Below, one piece after another: positions 19,599 through 28,026 of a DNA stretch of 64,000 bases. The notes beneath the pieces are model-generated. The model was not told the DNA's origin and ran no database searches. It was given only the letters and a program-made list of their open reading frames with translations. The translations under genes were made by a program, and so were the position numbers. This DNA is from Gammaproteobacteria bacterium. Its GTDB lineage: Bacteria; Pseudomonadota; Gammaproteobacteria; DSM-16500. Positions within the stretch are counted from its first letter, which is position 1. Each line of letters opens with the position of its first letter. Where the stretch lies: contig JARLJN010000071.1 in the NCBI GenBank assembly GCA_031291255.1, positions 7,625-71,624 on the forward strand, written 5' to 3'.

Positions 19599-21137
19599 AT
19601 GATGAAGCAACACGATGATTTATCGACTCCAAAAGACCCAACGCAACCTATACGAAACCCCGCTGAACCCTGTGTATTAGTGATTTTTGGCATCGCGGGT
19701 GACTTAACTAAACGTTTGCTTTTTCCTGCTCTTTGCAACTTAGGCAGTAATGGTTTATTAGATAAAAATTTTTGCATAGTCGGCGTTGCAATAGAATCTT
19801 ATGATGACAAATCATTTCGCGCAGAACTCATTAAAGATATCAATGAATTTGTTACCGATCCCGCAGCTAAAGAATATGGTCTGCAATTAGTAAATCGCGT
19901 TTATTACATTTCAGGTGATTTTTCAGATTCGAATGTTTACACACGTTTAAAAAATAAATTATCTGACCTTGAAGCTGAGAAAGCGAGTCGGAATTGCTTA
20001 TTTTATTTTGCAGCTCCTCCTGACTTCATGGAAACCATTGCAACTGAGCTGAGTAAAGCTTCATTACTCTCAGAAAAAGAAGGTGATTATTTTAGGCGTA
20101 TTGTCGTTGAAAAACCGTTTGGACATGATCTCGCTTCTGCAAAAAAATTAAATGCATTACTCCTTACACTTGTAAGTGAAAAACAAATATTCCGCATAGA
20201 TCACTTCTTAGGAAAAGAAACCGTACAGAACCTGCTTGCATTTCGTTTTTCAAATGGTCTCTTTGAGCCTATTTGGAGTCGATTGTATATAGACCATGTG
20301 CAAATTACTGTAGCAGAAGTTTTAGGCGTTGAAAAACGAGGTAGTTATTACGAACATGCAGGTGCTTTACGAGATATGGTACCCAATCATCTTTTTCAGA
20401 TGCTAAGTCTTATCACAATGGAACCGCCCTCATCATTTTCTGCTGATAATATTCGTGCAGAAAAAGCAAAAGTTCTGCGAGCAGTTCAAACACTCACGCC
20501 AGAAGAGGTACTCTCACAAACTGTTCGTGGTCAATATGGACCTGGAAAAATAAACGGTGTTGAACAAGTGGGTTATCGCTCCGAAGCTCATGTGTCACCA
20601 GAATCCTCAGTTGAAACTTATGTAGCATTAAAATTATTTTTAGATAACTGGCGATGGCTGCATGTCCCTTTTTATTTGCGCACGGGGAAGTGCATGGCTG
20701 CTCATCAATCAGAAATCATCATACAATTTAAATCTGGGCCATCCACCTTATTTGTTGACGCACATGAAAAAATAAAACCTAATTTATTACGCATATACAT
20801 ACAACCTGAAGAAGGCATTTCATTGCGTTTTAATGCAAAAATTCCTGGTCCTAAAGTGGAATTAGGTCAGGTTGATATGAAATTTAAATACAGTGACTAT
20901 TTTGGCATTAAACCAGAAACAGGATATGAAACCATTTTATATGATTGCATGAATGGCGATCATTTGCTTTTTAATCACGCTGAAATGGTGGAAACTGCGT
21001 GGGCATTAGTCCAACCTATTTTAGATATTTGGGGAGCGTTACCACCACGTGATTTCCCTAACTATACCGCTGGCACCTGGGGACCCAAAGAAGCCGATAA
21101 GCTATTAGAAAATGATGGTCGAATATGGTTACTCTAA
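19599..21137 (+). CDS. zwf: glucose-6-phosphate 1-dehydrogenase
   Basis: NADP motif VIFGIAGDLTKRLLFPAL. Active-site nonapeptide RIDHFLGKE. Confidence 0.95.
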   Translation: MMKQHDDLSTPKDPTQPIRNPAEPCVLVIFGIAGDLTKRLLFPALCNLGSNGLLDKNFCIVGVAIESYDDKSFRAELIKDINEFVTDPAAKEYGLQLVNRVYYISGDFSDSNVYTRLKNKLSDLEAEKASRNCLFYFAAPPDFMETIATELSKASLLSEKEGDYFRRIVVEKPFGHDLASAKKLNALLLTLVSEKQIFRIDHFLGKETVQNLLAFRFSNGLFEPIWSRLYIDHVQITVAEVLGVEKRGSYYEHAGALRDMVPNHLFQMLSLITMEPPSSFSADNIRAEKAKVLRAVQTLTPEEVLSQTVRGQYGPGKINGVEQVGYRSEAHVSPESSVETYVALKLFLDNWRWLHVPFYLRTGKCMAAHQSEIIIQFKSGPSTLFVDAHEKIKPNLLRIYIQPEEGISLRFNAKIPGPKVELGQVDMKFKYSDYFGIKPETGYETILYDCMNGDHLLFNHAEMVETAWALVQPILDIWGALPPRDFPNYTAGTWGPKEADKLLENDGRIWLL

Positions 21138-21919
21138 CTAACAATATAGAAATAAAGATATTTCCCACCGCTAATGATTTATTTCAATTTGGTGCAAATG
21201 ATTTTAAAAATCGCGCTATCGCTGCTGTCAATGCTAAAGGAAATTTTTCTGTTGTACTTGCTGGCGGTAATACACCTAAATTATTTTTTGATATATTAAC
21301 TAGCGTTGAAGATTATAAAAAAAATATTCCATGGCAGCAGATCCAATTTTTTTTTGGTGATGAACGTTACGTTTCATCTGCTGATGAAAAAAGTAATTAT
21401 CATACGGCCTATGAACATTTATTTTCAAAAGTACCGGTAAATTCAAAAAATATTTTTAGAATGCCAACTGAATTAGATAACTCAGAAGATGTCGCAAAAA
21501 GTTACGAACAAACATTAAGACAAACATTTAAAATTAAAGATGATGCATTTCCAGACTTCGATTTAGTTTATCTAGGCTTGGGTGATAATGCGCATACCGC
21601 ATCTCTCATGCCTTCAAGTGACCTAGTAAAACATTTTGTAAATCACTCATTAACGAATAATAATCAGCTTGTCGCTTCACTTTATGTTTCTGAATTAAAT
21701 ATGAATCGAATTACATTAACCCCACCTGCAATTAACAATGCGAAAGCAATTATTTTTTTGGTGACGGGTGCAAACAAAGCAAATGCCGTGCACGAAGTGT
21801 TAGAGGAAAAACTTGATCCTATACACTATCCTGCACAATTAATTCATTGCATACAGGGAAAAACAATTTGGTATCTCGATAGACTGGCTTCTACAACATT
21901 AAGCTTTCCCACGGTATAA
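21125..21919 (+). CDS. pgl: 6-phosphogluconolactonase
   Basis: Motifs LAGGNTP, FFGDERYV and LGLGDNAHTASL. Overlaps the zwf 3' end by 13 nt. Confidence 0.88.
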   Translation: MVTLTNNIEIKIFPTANDLFQFGANDFKNRAIAAVNAKGNFSVVLAGGNTPKLFFDILTSVEDYKKNIPWQQIQFFFGDERYVSSADEKSNYHTAYEHLFSKVPVNSKNIFRMPTELDNSEDVAKSYEQTLRQTFKIKDDAFPDFDLVYLGLGDNAHTASLMPSSDLVKHFVNHSLTNNNQLVASLYVSELNMNRITLTPPAINNAKAIIFLVTGANKANAVHEVLEEKLDPIHYPAQLIHCIQGKTIWYLDRLASTTLSFPTV

Positions 21920-21987
21920 CAGGTATATCTACACTAAGCATATTGTTATACTTAACTATAATTGGATAACTCAAAAGCAGGGATGCG

Positions 21988-24900
21988 ATGGAAGAAAACA
22001 ACGGAAGTTTTAAAACAAAAAGCCTGGTTTCTATCGCAATTGAGAACCCACATTTAATTGTGGTGGCTTGTTTATTTATTGTTATTCTTGGTACTCTTGC
22101 TATTTTTAAATTACCTAAGGATTTATTGCCTTCTGCTAATTTGCCAGCAGTACAAATTCTTTCATTTTATGCAGGTATGCCTGTAAAAAGCGTGGAACAA
22201 AATCTAAGTGGGCGCTTTGAACGTTATACAGGTCAAGCGATTGGCATTGAAAGGCAAGAGTCTAAATCTTTAGTTGGCGTGAGTATCGTAAAAAATTTCT
22301 TTACGCCTGAATCTGATCTTAATACTTCTATTACACAAGTTACATCACTTGTGATGTCTGTTTTGCGAAAACTGCCTCCTGGCACACAGCCACCTCTTAT
22401 ATTACCCTTTGATCCCATGGCGGCTGTTCCATTAGCTCTTGTTGTTGTGAATGGAGAAAATAAAACAATAGAACAAGTTTATGATACAGCTCGTTATGAC
22501 GTACGAAATGCTATTCAAGCTGTTCCAGGCGCTATGGCTCCAACGGTCATGGGGGGAACTCCACGCGAAGTTGTTATTTATCTCGATCCGCAAAAACTCA
22601 AAGAATTTAATTTTTCACCGGTCAGTGTTTTAAATCGACTTTCACGTCTTGACACTTTTATCCCATCAGGGGATATCAAAATTGGCGATTTTGATTATCA
22701 AATCATAAGTAATGGGTTAGTTGAAAATATTTCAGACATGAACGATTTTCCATTGCGCGCAGAATATGGAGTATCTGTTTATCTCAATCAGGTAGGACGA
22801 GCACAAGATTCAGGCCAGATTCAAACAAACATGGTATTCATTAATGGAATGCAACAAGTTTACGTACCTGTGTATCGTCAACCAGGTGGAAACTCTATTC
22901 GTGTTGTAGAGCAGGTAAAAGAGACTATTAAAGGATTAGGAAAACGATTAAATGGCGTTAAGCTCACACTTGTTGCTGATCAATCCTATTTTATTCGACA
23001 TGCAATAGCCAGCATCGCTGAAGAAGCATTATTAGGCGGCGGATTAGCCGCATTAATGATTTTTCTTTTTTTAGGCAACCCGCGCGCGAGTTTTGGTATT
23101 TTGCTTTCTTTGCCACTTTCGCTTTTAGTGGCCTTTATTGGATTGCAAGCGGCTGGACAAACCATAAATGCCATGACATTAGGTGGATTAGCGTTATCAA
23201 TCGGTGTTCTTGTAGACAATTCCATTGTTGTTTTGGAAAATATTAGTAAAAAGCTAGAAGCCGGAAAATCAATACGCCACGCAGCATTCGAAGGTGCTTC
23301 AGAAGTTGCAATGCCTGTACTTGCATCTACTTTAGCGACTCTTATCGTATTGTTCCCAGTTGTGTTTTTAACAGGGATTGTAAAAATATTATTTGCAGCG
23401 TTAGCAAAAGCAGTCATGTTTGTCATGATTGGCTCCTATCTCGTTGCAATGACTGTTATGCCACTCTTTGCATCTCGATGCTTAAAACCTATTAATCCTT
23501 CACATCAGTTACCGCGTTTCTTCAAATGGACTCAAAACATTGTACACCGCTTGACTGAATCCTACGGGAAAACACTTGAACGTGCATTACATCATCGAAC
23601 ATTCATTTTGTCAGGCGCAGTTATTTTATTTGTGATAGGAATATTGTTAACGCCTTTAATTGGTACTGAACTTTTTCCAAGAGCAGACACAGGAAATTTT
23701 ATTCTTGATCTACGTTTAGCATCGGGTACACGCATTGAAGAAACAGCTGCTTTTTCACAAATCATGGATAAAAAAATTCATGAATGGATTGCTCCAGAAG
23801 ATTTAGATATGACGATTATTAACGCGGGGGTTTACTATGGATTTCCTGCTGCATTTACACCTAACGTAGGAACTCAAGACGTTTTCTTTGATGTAGAACT
23901 TACTAAAGATAGACATCACACTTCACAGTATTATGCCAAAATAATTCGTGAACATATTCGTAAAGAATATCCTAATGTGGATATGGGCGTTGAACTAGGA
24001 GGACTTTTGACTTCAGCTCTCAATGGAGGATTAAGAGCACCCATTGATATACAAATTGAAGGACCTAGCCTTAAGCAGTCTTATGCTATCGCTCTTCCAC
24101 TTGCTGACGAGATAAAAAAATTGCAGGGTGCCGTTGATGTGCGAATTCAACAGCGGTTTGATGCTCCCGTTATTTCAATTGATATTAATAGAAAAAAAGC
24201 CATGGATTTAGGGATATTTACTGATGAAATTATTAAAAATATAGTTAGTGCAGTCACAGGTAGCTCTACATTTGATTCAAATGATATATGGGTTGATCCA
24301 AAAACTGGGATTGATTATTTAATGGGTGTTCAATTTCCAGCAAATCAGGTTTCTAGTTTTGAACAATTAGCGAATATCCCAATTCAAGGATTTGAACGCA
24401 ATCGTACTCTCCCTTTGAGTCGTATAGATTCTATTACAAAAACAACCGGGCCAACTGAAATCGATCACGTTAATTTTAGACCCGTAATTGATATTTATCT
24501 GGATGCACAGGATCGTGATATCGGTGGCTTGGCCAGTGATATTCAAAAAATTATTACGAAAACGACTGTACCAGAGGCCTATTCAATCAATATGCGTGGT
24601 GAAGTCTCTGAAATGAAAAATTCTGTAAAATCTTTGGCTGGTGGGTTTTTATTAGCAGCAATATTAGTTTATTTAATTCTGGTTGTTCAATTTCGTTCAT
24701 TCTTACTTCCTCTCATTATTATGACTTCTGTCCCATTGGGGCTTGTTGGAATTGTATTTATGTTGATAGTGACACATACCTATTTCAGCATACAAGCAGC
24801 AATCGGTGCTATTTTCATGATTGGTATTGCAGTAGCCAACGGTGTTTTATTGATCGAGTTTATGACTCATCATACCAAGCTACATGGGCATATTGATCAA

Positions 24901-25143
24901 GGAATTGTATCAGGTGCCAAAGCGCGTTTGCGACCCATCTTGATGACATCGCTAGCAGCCATTCTAGGTCTAGTACCTATGGCAATTGGACTGGGTCATG
25001 GCGCTGAAGCAAATATACCACTTGGCCGTGCTGTGATTGGTGGGCAACTTCTTTCAACGTTGCTGACATTATTTGTCGTCCCAATTCTTTATCGTCTCAT
25101 GATCAAGATGCATCACCCTAAAGAAAAGAAGGTAGCTGAATGA
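21988..25143 (+). CDS. RND efflux transporter, inner-membrane permease (AcrB/CzcA superfamily)
   Basis: 1051 aa. An N-terminal TM is followed by a large periplasmic loop, and the architecture is duplicated. The conserved TM4-like segment is GGLALSIGVLVDNSIVVLENI. Confidence 0.9.
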   Translation: MEENNGSFKTKSLVSIAIENPHLIVVACLFIVILGTLAIFKLPKDLLPSANLPAVQILSFYAGMPVKSVEQNLSGRFERYTGQAIGIERQESKSLVGVSIVKNFFTPESDLNTSITQVTSLVMSVLRKLPPGTQPPLILPFDPMAAVPLALVVVNGENKTIEQVYDTARYDVRNAIQAVPGAMAPTVMGGTPREVVIYLDPQKLKEFNFSPVSVLNRLSRLDTFIPSGDIKIGDFDYQIISNGLVENISDMNDFPLRAEYGVSVYLNQVGRAQDSGQIQTNMVFINGMQQVYVPVYRQPGGNSIRVVEQVKETIKGLGKRLNGVKLTLVADQSYFIRHAIASIAEEALLGGGLAALMIFLFLGNPRASFGILLSLPLSLLVAFIGLQAAGQTINAMTLGGLALSIGVLVDNSIVVLENISKKLEAGKSIRHAAFEGASEVAMPVLASTLATLIVLFPVVFLTGIVKILFAALAKAVMFVMIGSYLVAMTVMPLFASRCLKPINPSHQLPRFFKWTQNIVHRLTESYGKTLERALHHRTFILSGAVILFVIGILLTPLIGTELFPRADTGNFILDLRLASGTRIEETAAFSQIMDKKIHEWIAPEDLDMTIINAGVYYGFPAAFTPNVGTQDVFFDVELTKDRHHTSQYYAKIIREHIRKEYPNVDMGVELGGLLTSALNGGLRAPIDIQIEGPSLKQSYAIALPLADEIKKLQGAVDVRIQQRFDAPVISIDINRKKAMDLGIFTDEIIKNIVSAVTGSSTFDSNDIWVDPKTGIDYLMGVQFPANQVSSFEQLANIPIQGFERNRTLPLSRIDSITKTTGPTEIDHVNFRPVIDIYLDAQDRDIGGLASDIQKIITKTTVPEAYSINMRGEVSEMKNSVKSLAGGFLLAAILVYLILVVQFRSFLLPLIIMTSVPLGLVGIVFMLIVTHTYFSIQAAIGAIFMIGIAVANGVLLIEFMTHHTKLHGHIDQGIVSGAKARLRPILMTSLAAILGLVPMAIGLGHGAEANIPLGRAVIGGQLLSTLLTLFVVPILYRLMIKMHHPKEKKVAE

Positions 25144-26417
25144 AGAAAAAAATTTCGATTTTAATTCTAGCGGTTTTAGAAGCAGTATTTCCAATTAGCC
25201 TTTTAGCAAAAGATAACCCGCCTATATCTATTGATGAAGTAATGCGACTTGCAGAAATTAATAGCCCTCGATTATCTGCTGCTAAATTTCACGAAATAGC
25301 TGCAAAAAAATCGATTGATATTGCAAAATCAAATTATTATCCAACATTAAGTTTAGAAGCGATTGAAAGCACTGGATTTCCTGGCTCATCAGTGGGAGTA
25401 GATGTAACAGGTTTGATGGGTTCGCCATATCGCTCAGGTTATGGAGCAGGTCTAGTAGCACAAGAAACCATTTATGACTTCGGTCGCACATACTATGATG
25501 TTGAAGCATCGAAAAGTGAAGCTGAATTTAGTAAGCAAGATACAAGAGTAAAGCTTTATGAAGTAAAGCAATTAGCATTACAAACATTTTACGACTGCGC
25601 ATTTTTTAGGACTCAACGCGACACATGGGGACGTTTGAGTCATGAATCGGGGATTATCACTAAAGAAGCGCAGAAATTTGTAAATACAGGTCAACGCTCA
25701 ATAGTAGATCGGTACCTGTCAAAAGCACAAACAGAAGAAGCACAGACAGCACAAGCTTTTTTTGCATCGCGGTTAAATGAGGCTGTTCGCGAACTTGCAG
25801 TTATCATGGGAATGCCAGACAAGACTTTTTCATGCCCGCCATTACCCAGCCAATTGACCAGCGCACTTGATCCAAATGCGGGAATGGAGTCAAGTCCAAT
25901 TATATTACGAGCAATTGAGAGTACTCAAGTTGCTGATGCAAGATTAAAACAACAAAAAGCGGGTTTTTACCCGAAGATAGTTGCTGTCGCAAGTGTTGGC
26001 GCAATGGCGGATGCGCGTCTAGTTAAGAAAAAGGATTATGCTGCTGGAATTGGTGTTGTTTTTCCTCTCTTAGATTTACACACCAGCGGAGAAGTCCATC
26101 GTGCTCAAGCACTGGTATCTGAAAGTGAAAAAGATTTGGAAGCACAAAAACAATATCTAGGCATAATGAATGCTAAGTACGATGAAATAATCAGATCATC
26201 ACAAGTCAGACTACAACATCTTAATTATGAATTTATCTTGGCGAACAAAGCCTTTAATACAGCAAAGAAACGGTACTTTTCTCTAGAAGGCGAATTAATT
26301 GATTCTAGAGAAGCATTCCGTAATTTGGCTCGTGTTGAAACTGAAATTGAAGATACACGAACAAAATTGCTTCAGGCTAGTGGGTCTAAAGCTTTATTAA
26401 ATGGTGGCGGAGGGTAA
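25140..26417 (+). CDS. TolC-family outer-membrane efflux protein
   Basis: ATGA overlap with the RND gene. Signal peptide present. Two OEP-type repeats (NYYPTLSL..., GFYPKIVAVA...). Confidence 0.85.
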   Translation: MKKKISILILAVLEAVFPISLLAKDNPPISIDEVMRLAEINSPRLSAAKFHEIAAKKSIDIAKSNYYPTLSLEAIESTGFPGSSVGVDVTGLMGSPYRSGYGAGLVAQETIYDFGRTYYDVEASKSEAEFSKQDTRVKLYEVKQLALQTFYDCAFFRTQRDTWGRLSHESGIITKEAQKFVNTGQRSIVDRYLSKAQTEEAQTAQAFFASRLNEAVRELAVIMGMPDKTFSCPPLPSQLTSALDPNAGMESSPIILRAIESTQVADARLKQQKAGFYPKIVAVASVGAMADARLVKKKDYAAGIGVVFPLLDLHTSGEVHRAQALVSESEKDLEAQKQYLGIMNAKYDEIIRSSQVRLQHLNYEFILANKAFNTAKKRYFSLEGELIDSREAFRNLARVETEIEDTRTKLLQASGSKALLNGGGG

Positions 26418-26420
26418 CAT

Positions 26421-26837
26421 ATGCAAAATAATATAAGCACTAATACCAGCACTTCCTTATCTAATCTTCGTGATCACATGGCAAATGAGCGAACATTTCT
26501 CGCATGGATTAGAACGAGCTTAGGTATAATGGCGTTTGGGTTTGTGGTGGAAAAATTTTCTCTGTTTCTTAAACAGATTGTCTTTTTTTTCAGAAAATCG
26601 TATGTACCCACCACGCTCAGTATTTCCCCGCTTCCAGGGTACTCTGCAATTTTTGGAATCATTTTAGTAGCATTAGGCGCATTAATATGTTTGCTCGCTT
26701 TTTTTAAGTATAAAAAAGTCGAAACTCAAATTAGCAATGATGCCTACAAACCCACTATCGCGCTTGATGTGATGCTCACATTAATAGTTTTTTGTATCGG
26801 TGTATTTCTTACAATTTACTTAATTAGTAATATTTAA
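26421..26837 (+). CDS. DUF202 (YidH-like) membrane protein
   Basis: Signature ANERTFLAWIRTSLGIMAFGF plus two further TM segments. Confidence 0.75.
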   Translation: MQNNISTNTSTSLSNLRDHMANERTFLAWIRTSLGIMAFGFVVEKFSLFLKQIVFFFRKSYVPTTLSISPLPGYSAIFGIILVALGALICLLAFFKYKKVETQISNDAYKPTIALDVMLTLIVFCIGVFLTIYLISNI

Positions 26838-26907
26838 TGCTAGAAACTGAATGTTTTTGCACGACCGTACTCACTAACCCAAAGTATCTATATTAAAGAG
26901 ATAAAAA

Positions 26908-28013
26908 ATGCGGGATGAAATAAGCACTCCATTTATAGAAGTCATACAGATAACTCTCATAGAAAAACCCTTATTATCTTCATTGAGAGAATACTTGCCA
27001 TTGATAATTATCTGCACTTTATACATGATTGGCAGTGATATATTTTCAAGTTATGTTTATAAACAGCATCCTGAGTTCGACTTTTATTTTTTATCTACTA
27101 TTTATCTATATATCATGCTTTTTTATTTTGTTGCTAGCATATGCCTGGTGACTTTTTTGATGTTCTATAGTATCGGATATTTCATACAAAATTTTCACAT
27201 TAAACCGGTTTGGCGACATTTTGCAGTTAATATCAAAAATAAATTTTTAACAGCACAACAATTTTATGGAACCCTATTAATTTTTTTACTTATCCTCATT
27301 TTTTTGCCCATATTGCGATGAATAAGCAATTGATACCTTTTATATCTCCCTTTTCTTGGGATAAAACATTCAGCATTGGGATTATGTTATACATTTTCAT
27401 CATCAGCCATGGCAATTATTACAACCTATTGTAGGTTACCCAGTTATTACATTATTTTTATGCAAAATATGTGGATTTTGGTTTGTCATGCTGGCAGGAA
27501 TCATTGTTTGGCAAGCAAACACCAAAGAACGTTTTTACCGTATGCAGTTTTTTTTTAACTTTCATTTTGAGCTGGATTATTTTAGGAACTATCTTGGCGT
27601 ATTGTTTATCTTCAGCGGGTCCTTGTTACTATGATTTTTTTTCCCATGACAAGCTACACCCTTATGCACCCTTGATGTCATATCTTTCCAACAATGCATC
27701 GCCTTGGATAATCAATCTTCAAAAGTCACTATTGACTGATTTGATGAATAATACTTTGATTTTTGGTGGAGGTGTTTCAGCCATGCCAAGTATGCATCTT
27801 TCTATGGCAACATTGTGTTTTCTTATTTGCAGCAAACGTAACAAATAGCTTTGTCTATTGAGTTTTGTATTTCTCACCTTTATCTTCATTGCTTCTATTC
27901 ATTTAGCATGGCATTATGCAATAGATGGGTATATATCTATTATACTCACCTCTTTCATTTGGTATTGCTCTGGTAAAATGTTACGAGAGCAAAAATACAA
28001 AAACAGAATCTGA
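26908..28013 (+). pseudogene. decayed PAP2-superfamily (PAP2_3/inositolphosphotransferase-like) membrane phosphatase gene
   Basis: Family-like blocks are spread over three reading frames. They are PFISPFSWDKTF, GFWFVMLAGIIVWQANTKERFYRMQFF, FLTFILSWIILG..SSAGPCYY, GGVSAMPSMH and (after an in-frame TAG at 27846-27848) IHLAWHYAIDGY. There is another in-frame TAG at 27432-27434. Frame switches sit next to a T7 run (27299-27305) and a T9 run (27548-27556). The first 137-aa ORF could instead be a separate membrane protein. Confidence 0.55.
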
Positions 28014-28026
28014 GTTTCAATATTTA

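Noticed and set aside
26908-27321. 137-aa multi-TM ORF considered as an independent intact gene.
   Set aside because: Not fully rejected. It ends in an ATGA overlap with the first PAP2-like fragment, right after a T7 run. PAP2_3 proteins usually have such N-terminal TMs, so I folded it into the pseudogene call with reduced confidence.
27432-27848. Two in-frame TAG codons (27432-27434 and 27846-27848) in the PAP2-like gene. They could suggest programmed amber read-through or a suppressor-dependent gene.
   Set aside because: The conserved blocks between the two TAGs actually continue in a different frame (GFWFVMLAGIIVWQANTKERFYRMQFF). Additional frameshifts are therefore required. Simple gene decay explains the pattern better than recoding.
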